DNA from: Eledone cirrhosa
Lineage: Eukaryota
Reading direction: 5' to 3'
Assembly: GCA_964016885.1 (NCBI GenBank)
Contig: OZ024754.1
Span: 23,994,001 to 24,058,000, forward strand
DNA: 64,000 nt
Positions within the stretch are counted from its first letter, which is position 1. Every line of letters starts with the position of its first letter. Made by a program: the position numbers and the translations under genes. The notes beneath the pieces are model-generated. The model had not been told where the DNA came from, did not search any database, and saw only the letters and a list, made by a program, of their open reading frames with translations. This document shows positions 34,001-48,229 of the stretch, piece after piece.

Positions 34001-34667
34001 CCGAATTGGTGTGGGAAAGACAGGTACACATGTTGTTGAAGTGTGTTTTACTCCGTCAATACATCGATATGTCCAGCTCCTCAGAGGAATAACAACACAA
34101 CCAGGAGCTGGACATATCGATGTATTGAAATTAAAAAATTAAGAAATTAAAAAGTAATTAAATTAAAAATTTATTTACTTTTTTAATTTCTCAATTTTTT
34201 AATTTTTTTAATCTTTTTAATTCTTTTTAATTTTATTATATTATTTTATTATCTTATTATCTTTTATTATTTTTATTTTATTATTTTTTATTTTTTTATT
34301 ATTTTTTTTAATTATTTTTCATTATATTTTATTAATTTTTTTTATTATTTTACTTTATTTTATTTTATTATCTTTATTATTTTTATATTTCTTATTACTT
34401 TATTATAATTTATATTATGTTTTAACCTTTGTCTGTATTTTTTATGTATTTTTTTATACTTTTGCATTTTTTGTTTTTACATTCTTTGTGTGCCATCTAT
34501 TATATCTTCATCTTGTTTAATCCGCTTATGCCTTGACATTTAGCAGAGATGCTTAACAACCCCAGCATGCACCTCTTTGTTCGCCATCTCCAATCTCACT
34601 ATCTTTATTCTGATTGTTCGTGTGACTAGGTTTTTGTGGAGTTTATACTCAACACTGTATTTATTAG

Positions 34668-34712
34668 GCTATGAGGATTCCTGCCAAAAGGTGAGGATGA
34701 AACATTGTAAGT
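34668..34712 (+). ncRNA. Decayed hammerhead (C3>A)
   Basis: GCT-ATGAGGA-tTCCTGCC aaaa GGTgAGGAt-GAAA-CATTG-TA-AGT then AATAAA, after a T-rich tract. Confidence 0.45.
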
Positions 34713-34774
34713 AAATAAAGACTGTTTGAGTATGTAAGCGTTCTTTGGTTTCTTTTGCATATATATATATATAT

Positions 34775-35038
34775 ATAATTATATATTTGTGTACAGATAT
34801 TTTTGTATACACAATAACAAAATATAAACAAAAGTATTTATTTCGCGATAAAGTATTGATTTTCTTCGCACGGAAAAAAAGACCCTGGTAATCAACGACG
34901 AAATTTTTTTATAAGCACAAAATTTAGACACCTCCCGAGGCCGAGGTATTCCGTACTTCTCTGTACTGTTTCAGAAAGGAGGGATAAACATGCCAATCTA
35001 TGTTTAGAATCCGGAGCAACGCCGGGCCATTCTGCTAG
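34775..35038 (+). mobile_element. Non-autonomous Helitron-like 3' segment
   Basis: CCGG..CCGG hairpin then CTAG|T. Body homologous to 54500-54848. Confidence 0.7.
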
Positions 35039-35179
35039 TATATTACTATTATTGATATTCTGCTCCCCAAGAGCATCGAGTGTTCATTCGGCATACCGCT
35101 TACGGGCGCAATTAATTTGCACCTTTAATACATACATACATACATACATACATACATACATACATACATACATACATGG

Positions 35180-35786
35180 TAGTGGCTGCCAACTCGTTTT
35201 CGAGTACGACCACTACTTTATATCCATGTAGGAGAACCCCTACCGATGCGCTGAACGAGTGTGAATTTTTAGTCCAGCCAGCGACTTGAAAACTCTGGTA
35301 CAAACACTACACTTGTGACAATTATTGACACAGTGCTTTGCCTTTGGTACCATGTGACGACAAGTGCAGAGAGATCTCCAGATACAAAGCAATGCCTGTG
35401 CCGTGAAGCTTTTATAGTGAGAAAAGGCACTGCACAAAGCCAGTCCCACTCTCTTAACCAAGATGATATTTACCAAAAAGAAGAACAAGTCAACATCATT
35501 GGATACCATCAGGGTTGCAGGTGTTATATCAGAGTTTTCCTTCTCCTAGAATTCTGCCTTGACAAAGGCTAAGGGGTCATCTCTCCCAGTGATTTTGGAT
35601 GGCCATTGACTCTTAAGAGCTCCTTTGCCCTTTGACAGGTTTTGTTTTTAGTCCTGCAGGATGTCCAAAGTCACCCTCCTCACCAAGAAACCTTTGTGGG
35701 GTTGCCAGTTTAGTCGCCAACGACCCGACCATGAGACAGGTTGTACTGGGATACATGTTACCAGTAGCACCAAGTGGTGACCTGAC
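35180..35786 (-). mobile_element. Internally deleted RTE-like remnant (UTR-like 5' part plus C-terminal C2H2 finger)
   Basis: CSVCTRVFKSLAGLKIHTRSAH resembles the C-terminal finger of RTE/BovB-type elements. Flanked by (CATA)n on both sides. Confidence 0.6.
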
Positions 35787-35792
35787 ATACAT

Positions 35793-35906
<114 letters not shown>

Positions 35907-36141
35907 GTTATATACCAACCCGCTTGGGCCAAAGTATGACTGAACTTGGATTTGCGGACAAAAAGCGCAGCTCCCTGATTCATAGTCTACAAATGGCTGC
36001 GATAGCTGGCACCTTCAAAATGTGCAAAACATTCTTGCGATTCAAGGGATGACAATTTCTTTTCTTTTACAACCTTGCCACCAGGAAGGTGGCCGGTCAA
36101 AAAAATATACTCGAAATTAAGAGAAAGAGATACATACATAT

Positions 36142-36416
36142 ATGGCTTAGTGGTTAGAGCGTCGGGATTACAATTGAGAGGTTGTGAGTTCGATTCTCAA
36201 GTTCACTCAGATGTAAAAGTGACTTGCGACGTCACTGGTGCCAAGCTGTACCGGCCTTTGCCTTGGACAACATCGGTGACATGGAGAGGGGAGACTGGTA
36301 TGCATGGGCGACTACTGGTCTTTCACAAACAACTTTGCCCGGACTTGTGCCTCAGATGGAAACTTTCTAATTGCAAATCCCAAGGTCATTCGTGACCGAA
36401 GGGGCTTTTACCCTTT
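36142..36416 (+). mobile_element. tRNA-derived SINE
   Basis: A box TGGCTTAGTGG and B box GAGTTCGATTC. Confidence 0.88.
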
Positions 36417-36514
36417 ATGTATATAAATAGGTTCAAGTTGCGTGTTGTTCATATATATAAAGTCAGCTCGAAAGTGACACAGAGGAGACTGGGGTTAATT
36501 TAGACATAGAAGCT

Positions 36515-36655
36515 CCCGTGTCATGAGACACAAGACGCAGCCAAAGTGCTCCAATGACCACAGTCAATTGTATCTATCAATACACCCCGCGTCATGAGAC
36601 ACATGAGGCATCCAAAGTGCTCCAATGACCACAGTCAATTGCATCTATCAATATA
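36515..36655. repeat. Tandem duplication of ~71 bp
   Basis: GTCATGAGACAC...CCAAAGTGCTCCAATGACCACAGTCAATTG occurs twice. Confidence 0.9.
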
Positions 36656-36959
36656 TCGTTCCGACTTTTGTTGACAGATTTCATGTCTCTGTCGATTGTC
36701 TGACGCCAGTTCATCTTCTTCGTCTCTTTCCATTAGGGTACAGGACCTAATTCAGGTACTAATACAGGACCTAATCAGCAGGTCTCTTACGACACTTGCA
36801 CTTGATGTTAGACACACATTGTTGGTGTATTTGTTGACAGATTTCTTTGGTGATGATAAAGTTATCACAACTGATGTTTTAGGTCAACTAGCAATTCGAG
36901 AGTTAGAATAATAATTGTTAACTGTGATGATATTGGCCAAGATATGTTACTATGAAATG

Positions 36960-37086
36960 GTGTCAAGATGAGATTTTACAACAGCAATGTGCTTTCAACA
37001 CCTCTGTATGGATGCTAAACATGGAGTGTAAAGACCAGCCAAGAGAACCAATTAGATGCTTTAGACACCAAATGCCGAGGATTTTC

Positions 37087-37090
<4 letters not shown>
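36960..37090 (+). pseudogene. Decayed RTE RT C-terminal fragment
   Basis: Reads YNSNVLSTPLYGC*TWSVKTSQENQLDALDTKC. Confidence 0.6.
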
Positions 37091-38057
<967 letters not shown>

Positions 38058-38632
38058 AAAGAATAGAGGTGTAACACACGAGTTATGATATATTGGTAAA
38101 CGGAAAAGAAAATGCTGACAAATTGTTCACAGTGAAAAATAGTTTAATTAGGAATAAGTAAAGATTAGTAATAGTATTGGTTAGTATTCAGTTTGGGTTT
38201 TAAGTTTTACCGGTTGCGCATTTCTAATGCTTTTCAAAAATAATTTTGAGATAGAGCGCCCGTGATGTTTGCTCTAATCTGATTAGTTTTTGAAATTCTA
38301 CCTGTTTTATGTGAAAAAAGTGGCTCCAGATGTATTAAAATAAGTTTCGCGCCAATTCGTGTTGCAAAAATTCTTGTGGTCAAAACAATTTTGATTGGTC
38401 GGTAGAGTTCATGTGAATGTTAAAAATTGATTTTGCGCCAAAAGTAGGTTTGTGTCGGCTGATTGAGAAGTCACTGAAAAATAAGTCTTTCAAAACAAAT
38501 ATGTGTGTGTGTGTGTGTAGTAGTAGTAGTAAAGAGGTTCGTTGTTGTGATAATGGTCAGCAGGGACGTCTGTGCGAACCGCAGCCTGTTGACAGTTCAA
38601 ATGCCTATTAAGACAAGTGTGTGTGGGTGTGG

Positions 38633-38668
<36 letters not shown>

Positions 38669-38849
38669 TTTATATATATATATATATATTTTATATATAT
38701 ATATATATATTTTATATATATATATATATATTTTATATATATATATATATATTTTATATATATACATATATATATATATATTTTATATATATATATATAT
38801 ATATATTTTATATATTTTATATATATATATATTTTATATATATATTTTA

Positions 38850-38923
<74 letters not shown>

Positions 38924-39025
38924 CGTAATTGAACCACAAAGTTACTAAGACAAAACCTATATATTTGCTAGCATCTGTATGTATGTATATGTTACTAGAT
39001 ATTAATTCTTTATATATATATATAT

Positions 39026-39725
39026 AATGTATAAAAATCAATACAATATAATTACCTCATTACCAGAGGTTTCCCGAATGAGGCGAATACGAAATAAACG
39101 ACTTCATTCGTTCGTCAGACGAGGCAATATAAAACATGGGCAAATACTTAGAAAAACACATCAAGAAAATCAAAAAAAGATATAGATAAATGAAATAGAA
39201 ATTGAAATATATAAAAATCTATCAAGAAATATAGTTAGGTGTGTGTATATGTATGTATATACGCTCGCAGATGTGCATATATGTATATGTGTACATGTAT
39301 ATGTATAGTGAGAAAGTGTGCGTAATTCTAAAATAGGGCAAATGTATCTATATGTCTGTATTATACAGACAGAAATGGTTACATGTATAATACAGACATA
39401 TAGATACATTTGCCCTATTTTAGAATTACGCACACTTTCTCACTATACATATACATGTACACATATACATATATGCACATCTGTGAGCGTATATACATAC
39501 ATATACACACACCTAACTATATTTCTTGATAGATTTTTATATATTTCAATTTCTATTTCATTTATCTATATCTTTTTTTGATTTTCTTGATGTGTTTTTG
39601 TAAGTATTTGCCCATGTTTTATATTGCCTCGTCTGACGAACGAATGAAGTCGTTTATTTCGTATTCGCCTCATTCGGGAAACCTCTGGTAATGAGGTAAT
39701 TATATTGTATTGATTTTTATACATT
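39026..39725. repeat. Near-perfect foldback (~340 bp arms, 16 nt spacer) with a hammerhead in each arm
   Basis: The arms differ at only a few positions. Ribozymes at 39052-39127(-) and 39624-39699(+). Confidence 0.93.
39624..39699 (+). ncRNA. Type I hammerhead (mirror copy at 39052-39127, minus)
   Basis: TTGCCTCGT-CTGACGA-A-CGAATGA..TCATTCG-G-GAAA-CC tct GG-TA-ATGAGGTAA. Stem I is 9 bp. Confidence 0.82.
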
Positions 39726-39797
39726 AAATTTTGCTCTGATACTTACATAGAGCACTCTTCATTTCTATGACCTTTTCTGTTTCCAACGGAAATTTCA

Positions 39798-39854
<57 letters not shown>

Positions 39855-39904
39855 AAAAATGAAGATTAGCGTAGTTGGCTGTACAATAAGGGCTTTATTT
39901 AAAG

Positions 39905-40013
39905 TACTGACAATTGTTTCGTTGAACATGTTGGTCTAGAGTTCGCTAATCGCTTGATGTTGCGTTATTCGATCTCCAATACATTATTCACTTATGGTCA
40001 ACACATCAGAGTA
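39905..40013 (-). ncRNA. Type I hammerhead with long loop II (A9>U)
   Basis: TACT-CTGATGT-GTTGACCA..TGTTCAAC-GAAA-CAATTG-TC-AGTA, with AATAAA just downstream. Confidence 0.65.
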
Positions 40014-40228
40014 TGTAGATATGAAAATAATTCACTCGAAGCAAGACTTAATGTTCATTCTTTAACTATTATTACTCCAAGTATAACATGCATAAAAATT
40101 ACCGCGAACTCGCTGCATAACTATGGAAGCATCTTGTTGAGTCAAAAAAAGCCGTACGTTAAAACTATCCACAACGCAGAGTACTCACAACCTCTAACTG
40201 GATTGCCTATATCGATAGCTTGTTACCC

Positions 40229-40276
<48 letters not shown>

Positions 40277-40289
40277 CACACACATATAC

Positions 40290-40624
40290 ACACATGTGAG
40301 TGTGGTGGACAAAAGGTCGCAATGCATAGGAAAAATCATTGTTTTTATTAGAAAAGAACACGTTAAAAGACAAGTAAATATGGAAACTTAAAAATATAAT
40401 TATTTTTCCTATGTATTGCGACATTTGGTCCACCCTGTTTATGTATGTATATATGTATGTATATACATACATAAACAGGGTGGACCAAATGTCGCAATAC
40501 ATAGGAAAAATAATTATATTTTTAAGTTTCCATATTTACTTGTCTTTTAACGTGTTCTTTTCTAATAAAAACAATTATTTTTCCTATGCATTGCGACTTT
40601 TTGTCCACCACACTCACATGTGTG

Positions 40625-40625
<1 letters not shown>
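40290..40625. mobile_element. Two mirror-image copies of a ~145 bp Tc1/mariner-like MITE
   Basis: TIR CAGGGTGGACCAAATGTCGCAATACATAGGAAAAAT. The whole block is a palindrome centred near 40457. Confidence 0.7.
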
Positions 40626-40657
<32 letters not shown>

Positions 40658-41285
40658 ATGTGTGCGCGCGTGTGTGTGTATATATATATATATCTTTAAT
40701 ATATCTCATATAAAATAATACAGCCAATTATCCACACAATACAATATAGTTAGCACCCCAAGCGTTTAATTGGGAATATACTCCGGTATTTCCTAATGTT
40801 TGTTGAGTGAGTTGGAAATTGGTCGGAGTATCGCTAATAGCTTTCTCCGTTTATGTATTTATATATGTATATATAGGGTCGGTAACGGTCATTCCTTAAA
40901 TTAGCACTCGAACTAAAACCTGTTGAAAAAGTGGCTTCCTTGTTCAATCATCTTACCAGAAGCCTAACATTATTTGTGTAAGCGGACAGTACTTGATTTA
41001 GGAGTCGTAGAAACCCAAATGCTGGATTTTACCAACCATCCAGGGGTCCGGGTAAATTTTCAATCACATATATTTTTATTTGTTTGACCCGAATTACTTG
41101 GTCGTTTTTATGGCTGTGCGGATGATTGTTTAACCATCGTCTCAGTGTGTTTGGCCTTTAACGTATGTTGTAGCTCTGGTTCATCTGAATCATTGAGCGC
41201 TTGCCACACATCTCGGAAGTTGTTTTTCGTTAATTCCTAAGCCGAAATACGATTCTCGCTAATTTATATATATATATATATATAT

Positions 41286-42200
41286 TTGAAAAAAAGGAAA
41301 AGAATGACTTGTAGTGTTAAAAAATGTTATGATTTAATGTTGAGTTGGTAGATCCAGTAAGTTCTTTGATTAACTTCGGTGGGAAGAATTTTAGAGATTC
41401 CTGGTTAACTTGGGTTGGAAAACTTTCTCGCATTCGTCTGTCTGTGGCGATTGTCAAACTGAGATCAGGTTGTGTTGAAATGTGAGACTATATATAAGAG
41501 AGATTTGGATGTGTCTGGGGTGTGGCGTTTTGTGTTAATGAGTGTTGTCATCCCCAAAAGACATGTATCTTACACCTCATTAAAACCCAGACAAGCATCT
41601 AAATTCATCTTTGATATAGAAATCTGTAGAAGATATTCTTTATAGATTTTGAAGAGCTATGCCATTATAAACTCATCAAAGGTCAGCTAATGAAATAAAA
41701 CCAGCAGGAGACAAACACCCTTATCTTACAACCTCGCCATTTTCTGAGTGTATATATATATATGTGTGTGTATGTATGTATACTTTAATTCCTTGGGACC
41801 TTCATCATCATCAACACTCATTAACACCGGACGCCACACCTCAGACACATCCAAATCTCTCTTAGTCACACATTTCAACACAACCTGATCTCAGTTTGAC
41901 AATCGCCACAGACGAATGCGAGAAAGTTCTCCAACCCAAGTTAACCAGGATCTTTAAAATTCTTCCCACCGAAGTTAACAAAGAATTTACTGGATCTACC
42001 AACTCATAATATTATAATTGTTTCTACTTTTGGCACAAGGCCAGTAAATACCCAGTGTATTACTGGTACTTTATTTTATCGACCCCATAAGGATGAAAGG
42101 CAAAGTTAACCTCATAATATTATATTATCATATTATAACATTAAATCATAAATTTTTTAACACTATAAGTGAAGTCATTCTTTTCTTTCTTTTCAAATAT
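41286..42200. repeat. Diverged inverted repeat (41286-41550 vs 41812-42200) with a SINE fragment inserted at ~42017-42112
   Basis: Shared blocks such as GTGGCGATTGTCAAACTGAGATCAGGTTGTGTTGAAATGTG. A partial self-folding copy lies at 43435-43580. Confidence 0.85.
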
Positions 42201-42289
42201 ACCTAACTGTACCAAGGATCTCACATACTTTCCAATATATATATATATATATATATATGTAAGTATGTGTGTGTGTATATATATATATA

Positions 42290-42328
<39 letters not shown>

Positions 42329-42538
42329 TTATGTATGTATATATATATATGTATGTATGTATATCATATGTATGTATATATAAATACATATATATATATA
42401 TATATATATGTATAAATATATATGTATATACATATATATATGTGTGTAAATATATATATGTATATATATGTATGTATAAATATATATGTATATACATATA
42501 TATGTGTGTAAATATATATATGTATATATATATGTATG

Positions 42539-42569
<31 letters not shown>

Positions 42570-42682
42570 ATGTATATATATATATGTATGTGTGTGTATA
42601 TATATATGTGTATGTATATATATATATGTATGTATATATATATATGTATGTATATATACATATATATGTGTGTATATATATG

Positions 42683-42752
<70 letters not shown>

Positions 42753-42755
<3 letters not shown>

Positions 42756-43378
42756 CGAAGGAAATGTGCTAAGGAACCAGGTGGACCATAACGCACCAAA
42801 GTACTCAATACTTAGGGTAGTAGAGTGGGTAATAGGAACGAGTAGGACCCCGACGGCTGAGCTCAAGCTGTTTCGACGGCTAATTCTGGACTAAATGAAA
42901 ATTTTTATCCTGGTATATGAATAGCCGAGCTTCTCAGGGGGTAATTCCATATATGGTAAAAGTGATTGTCACAAGGATTGGTCAAAAGTTTATTGTTGAG
43001 ACACATAATTCTATCATGGCAATTTGTGGAAGGAAGGGGTAGCTGAACCTGCCAGTAGAAGAAAGAGGGAGAGGGAGTGGAGGAAACCCAGTCGTGCGTT
43101 GATAGTGCCAACTACAGCAGGGCAGGAGGTCAAGCAAGTATACTGGGAGGGGGAGGAAGTCGAAACAATAAGTAAATCAATATGAAGTAAATATATAGAA
43201 GAATACCAAGAATGTTAAAAATATAAAAAAATCAATTTCTGGTTACTATTCCCTAACCACAGTCATCAAGTCTCTCACTGGTACTGCTAAACTATAGAAA
43301 AGTTTACTAGGTGGGACGGAATTGTAGTGAGACCATTTTAAGAGTTAGTAGTAATCAACCGAGTATATCTTACGGTGA
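42753..43378 (-). mobile_element. Copy of the 31268 family; hammerhead-like motif at 42847-42942 (core CTGAGAA)
   Basis: Sequence homology. The 3' end CCTTCGTTA joins (TA)n. Confidence 0.85.
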
Positions 43379-43799
43379 TATATGTATATATATGTAATTA
43401 TATATATATATATGTGTGTCTGTGTGTGTGTAGTATGACTTCACTTGTGTTAAAAAAATTATGATTTAAAGTTATATTATAATATTATAACATTAAATCA
43501 AATTTTTTAAGTGAAGTCATTCTTTTCCTTTTTTTCAAATAGACCTAACTGTGCCAAGGATCTCACACATTTTCCAATATTATATATATATGTAATCGAT
43601 GTATAGCTTAGTGTAGTATATAGTGTGTTAGTGTTGGTTTTATTATGTTAGTTGTTATATTAATGTGGGAGGCAATATTGCAGCTGGTGATGTAACAATG
43701 ATCGGTGCACAATACTGTCGGCAATTTAACAATGCACTACTATTGCACAGCTGCACTGATCTAGCACCCACTAATAATATGCATAACTTCTGCTGCACC

Positions 43800-43922
43800 A
43801 TTACTACTATTACTATTAGTGATACTACTACTACTAATACTACTACTACTACTACTATTACTACTACTATTAGTGTTGCTACTACTATTAGTGTTGCTGC
43901 TACTACTACTACTACAACAACA

Positions 43923-43999
<77 letters not shown>

Positions 44000-44035
44000 G
44001 ACTATTAGTGCTGCTACTACTACTGCTATTACAAC
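43800..44035. repeat. (CTA)n microsatellite
   Basis: Read directly. Confidence 0.97.
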
Positions 44036-44789
44036 TACACATGCACCATCACTGCTGCTACAGTGACCGCATCATTATAGATGCACTACTAATGTTGTAC
44101 GCACCAATAATGCTGCTGAATCATTGTAGATACATCACACGTACTGTAAAGTGCACCAATAATGCTGCTACTTTCATATTGTTATCTAACTTCTCTTGCA
44201 TTTCTATATGTGCAATAATGGAGCACCAATAAGGCTACTACTTCATTACAGCTGTCTAACTACAATTGCAAAGTTGCATCAATACATCTTATTGCAGAAC
44301 TACTGTTGCAACACACCTCTTGTACAGCACTACAACTGCACATCTGATGCTTCGTTAAAGTTGTGCAACTGTTACGGCACTAACACTACACAACTACACA
44401 TTACTATTGCATCACTATACTACCCACAGCACCGCCACTGTTGCATCGTTGGTACTGCTGCATAACTCATTTTGCATTAATACTACTGAGCTACTACTGC
44501 TGCACCAATACTGCATCATTACTGCTGCCATATGCCAGGAGTATTTGTTGATGTACCGAACTAGTGTTATGGTTCTTGCTGTTGGATCTCTGTCGCTTAC
44601 GAAGACAAGTGTGCCAATCGATCGAACGATGGAACAGCCTGCTCATGAAATTAACGCGCAAGTAATAGCTGAGTATTCCATACACACGTGTATTCCTTAT
44701 TTTTAAGTCAGAGTTATCAAACACAATAATGTTATTTTCTCTCTTTCACTCACTGCCTCCGTCTCTCTCGCTCTCCCCATCTCTCACTA

Positions 44790-44985
44790 TTATATACAAA
44801 TGGGAGCCCACGTGCCGGCCGCCCGGTAACTACTCAGATAGATTTATCGTGACAAAGAATGTGACAAGGCTGGCTCTTTGAATTATAACTATAATTCAAT
44901 TTTGCCAACCGAATGGACTGGGGCAACATGAAATAAAGTGTCTTACTCAAGGGCACAACGCGAGCCGAACATCTTAACTACTAAA
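44790..44985 (-). mobile_element. SINE fragment
   Basis: GCAACATGAAATAAAGTGTCTTACTCAAGGGCACAAC core, also seen at about 45990-46090. Confidence 0.65.
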
Positions 44986-45079
44986 ATGAAACAGTTATCC
45001 TCGGAATTGATGGAGCTCCAACACACGGGCCATCCTCGCTATATTCACCCGCCTTTTAACAAACGTACTGGGGGATGGG

Positions 45080-45395
45080 GTAGCATTTCCCTCTCCACCC
45101 ACACCTTCCTTTCCAAGTGGAACTTGAAAAAGTTGATGAAGGATTGGCTGAAGAGGAAAGTGTCTGTCTTCAGTCCTTTCAGCCGCGTCTATCAGGCAAA
45201 AGAAAACTGTCTGCCCTTTCCAGCCAAAAAAAGTCGGCGGGGTGATCTTCACGATGGACCGGTCGATAGCCGGATACGTTTTACACGTGATAATAGCTGT
45301 TTAACGAAACTCCACAAGTCAGTAATGCATGGACACCGGACGAGTGTGTGAAAAACGGTTTCGTCGCTTTGCGCACATCCCAGACAGGGCCGGTG
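45080..45395 (-). pseudogene. L1/Tx1-type LINE ORF2 C-terminal CCHC fragment
   Basis: CLGCAQSDETVFHTLVRCP...LW. Confidence 0.7.
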
Positions 45396-45659
45396 GTGGT
45401 TGTGTTGCCAGTTGGGGTGGTTGTGAAGGTGGTGATTCAAAATTTTGGCGGAGATGGTAACAAAATCCCGCTATGGAATGGGCTAAAACGCCCATTCCAC
45501 GTTGATTACAGGTAAGATAATTCTTCGGCGGATAAAACACAACCTTATGTAATAGACTAGAAAAATTTTGTGACAATTGTCGACAAAAATATAACAAAAT
45601 TCAAAGACTCACTAGCGACGAACACAGCCAGGCGTGATCCCTCATGTTCAAATGTTCAA

Positions 45660-45875
45660 TAATAATAATCGTTTCTACTTTAGACACAAAGCCAGCAATT
45701 TGAAGGGAAGGGGAAAGTCGATTAAATCGACTCCAGTGTGTGACTGGTACTTTATTTTATCGACTCTGTAAGGATGATAGGCAAAGCTAACCTGGACGGG
45801 ATTTGAACTCAGACTGTAAAGCGACGTAACTATATCGCGAAACATGGTGGTCGACGCTTTACAGATACTGGCAAT
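45660..45875 (-). mobile_element. Cephalopod-type SINE
   Basis: GACTGGTACTTTATTTTATCGAC...GGATTTGAACTC (reverse B box) and an (ATT)n tail. Related fragments at 31196, 42017 and 50915. Confidence 0.75.
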
Positions 45876-46139
45876 CCTTTGGAATTTTACAGCTCCCACC
45901 AATGCAAGATTAGTTGGCCTCCTGCGAAGTTGCACCTCAGAAATTTTTTTGCGTGTTTTAAAGATAAATATCCCAGTCCTATCATAAAAAGCAACGTAAA
46001 GTAAAGCGTCCTGCTCAAGAACACAACTCACCGCTCAGTCTAGGAATCGAAACCATGACCTTATAATCGAGGATCAAATACCTTAACCGCGAGACAACCC
46101 CCCCCCCCCCTCGTAGTAGTAGTAGTAGTGAAGAAGATA

Positions 46140-46725
46140 AATGTCTACAGATAAACGTCCTCAATATTCCTGAACCATGAGATTACTTCCTGGGTGCTAA
46201 CCCATAGGCTAAGTCTCACGTTTTGCTTAACTTTTGGTATAACGCCGTCTAAGATTTTTTTTACTGATTCTCCCTGTGTCCGACTTCGTCGGGTTTATAA
46301 GCCTGATGGATGGTTTGCGGTCGAAGTCGGATTTATGGTCCTTCAGTGTGAAGTAGGGGATCGTGGATCGAGGGGTTCAGTGCGGTCTGCGACCCCGAGG
46401 CTAGAGGTAATTTGTTGTCCCTCTAGATTTATGTCCTCGATAATTGAGTGGTTAGCCTTTTTATAGGTGGAGTTTAGGCTGCTTCTGATCAGTGTATTAT
46501 CTATCCGGGTTGACGAAATAGAGGTTTCCAGTTTTGTCGGAGTGCACCAGGATGCCGTTGGTGCTTTCATACTCCGTTATTTTGCTACGGAGTTGTTGTA
46601 GGAATCGGTTGTGTCTGGGTTTAAATTTAATACCCTTGACCAGTTGGAAAAGGTCGTTCTCGAAGGGTGAGAGCATAGGGTTCGGTGGGGGAGATTTGTA
46701 GGTAATGAATCCGAATCACCCCACT
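46140..46725 (-). pseudogene. Decayed Penelope-like RT N-terminal region
   Basis: Across frameshifts: FGFITYKSPPP..PFENDLFQLVKGIKF..LVHSDKTGNLY..FTLKDHKSDFDRKPSIRLINPTKSDTGRISKK..QEVISWF. Confidence 0.8.
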
Positions 46726-47199
46726 TGCCGAATAAGATAGGGTAAACCCCTACTGATATAGATAGATGTACCTCTTTTCTTTTCCTCCATGTTTTCTTCC
46801 CTTTGTCTCCCCTATCACTTCTTTCCACCACCGAACTTCTTCCTCGTTCGTTTCTTTGTTTTTTTGTTTTTTTTTTCCCTTTCGCCTACCCCGAGGCTGC
46901 CCATCGGGCCTCTTTAGCCTCAGTACTCCCACCCCAGTAACTTACAGATAGCTTTCGCTGATTACGCTATACTAACTATTCACAGCAGTTGTGTTAGACC
47001 CCAGATGTGTGGTATTAATTTTTAATACTAAATTATTAATACTAAATTTTTCAATTATTCTCATCTAGCAACTCATTCTGTGGCTTTGGCCGAAATATAG
47101 CAGCTGTGTTAGACTCCTTTTTTCACTTCTCACTTTCCAATCTTACTTTGTTACATATTTCTCTCATTTTTTTTATTATATTCTTTTTTATTATATTTT

Positions 47200-47677
47200 T
47201 TCTTTGTCCCCTAATCGCATTTGATTTACTATCTCTATAACGTCCCTCCTCCTCTTTCTAAACATACCATTTTTCGCCAACCTCCTCTGGCCTTTTCATA
47301 CACATTCCTTTGAATTTGCCGTGTAGATTTCACCTTCTACGCTTGACTGGCTCTACCCACTCCCCTATCGTTCTACAGGCAAGTTCAGCCATCCCCACCC
47401 CGCACCTACTGCCATGATAGACTTTTCTGTGTCCGCTACAAATTTTGACCAATCCCCTTGACAACTACAATATTTCCATATAAGGAAGTACCCCTGAAAA
47501 GTTCGGCTATTTATTTACCAGACTAAAAAAACTCTTACTTAGTCCAGAAATAGCCGTCGAAACGGCTTGAGCTCTGCCGTCGGGGTCATACTTTCTCCTA
47601 TTACCCACTCTACTACCCTCAGTATTGAGTACTCTGGTGCGTTATCGTCCATCTGGTTCCTTACCACAACTCCTCCG

Positions 47678-47680
<3 letters not shown>
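47200..47680 (+). mobile_element. Diverged copy of the 31268 family; hammerhead-like motif at 47490-47586
   Basis: TTAGTCCAGAAATAGCCGTCGAAACGGCTTGAGCTC. Ends CCGTTA(TA)n. Confidence 0.8.
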
Positions 47681-47732
<52 letters not shown>

Positions 47733-47751
47733 TATATATATTATATTATAT

Positions 47752-47824
<73 letters not shown>

Positions 47825-47829
47825 TATAT

Positions 47830-47900
<71 letters not shown>

Positions 47901-48019
47901 GAGAGAGAGAGAGAGATGATATATATATATATACAATACAAGGGCGGTACCAGCATGGCCTCAGCCGGATGGCTGGATCAGGTAAAAGAGTATATATATA
48001 TATATAATATATATATATA

Positions 48020-48127
<108 letters not shown>

Positions 48128-48197
48128 ATATAGTATAGTATAGTATAGTATAGTATAGTATAGTATAGTATAGTATAGTATAGTATAGTATAGTATA

Positions 48198-48198
<1 letters not shown>
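48128..48198. repeat. (TAGTA)n microsatellite
   Basis: Read directly. Confidence 0.97.

Positions 48199-48229
<31 letters not shown>

Noticed and set aside
35700-35786. HDV-like ribozyme hint (CCAGT/ACTGG, TCG/CGA, CTAA) at the RTE remnant 5' end
   Set aside because: P1 and P3/L3 do not fit; at best decayed.
36142-36215. tRNA gene
   Set aside because: A and B boxes are present, but there is no full cloverleaf and it continues into a SINE body shared with 32715-32997.
38455-38492. TTGAGAA...GAAA...GTC as a third U3-A8 hammerhead
   Set aside because: No credible stems I, II or III.
41640-41700. TTGAAGA/TTGATGA hairpin as a hammerhead
   Set aside because: No GAAA/UH in register with paired stems.
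43665-44232. PolyT/S/L mucin-like ORFs
   Set aside because: All three derive from a (CTA)n microsatellite.
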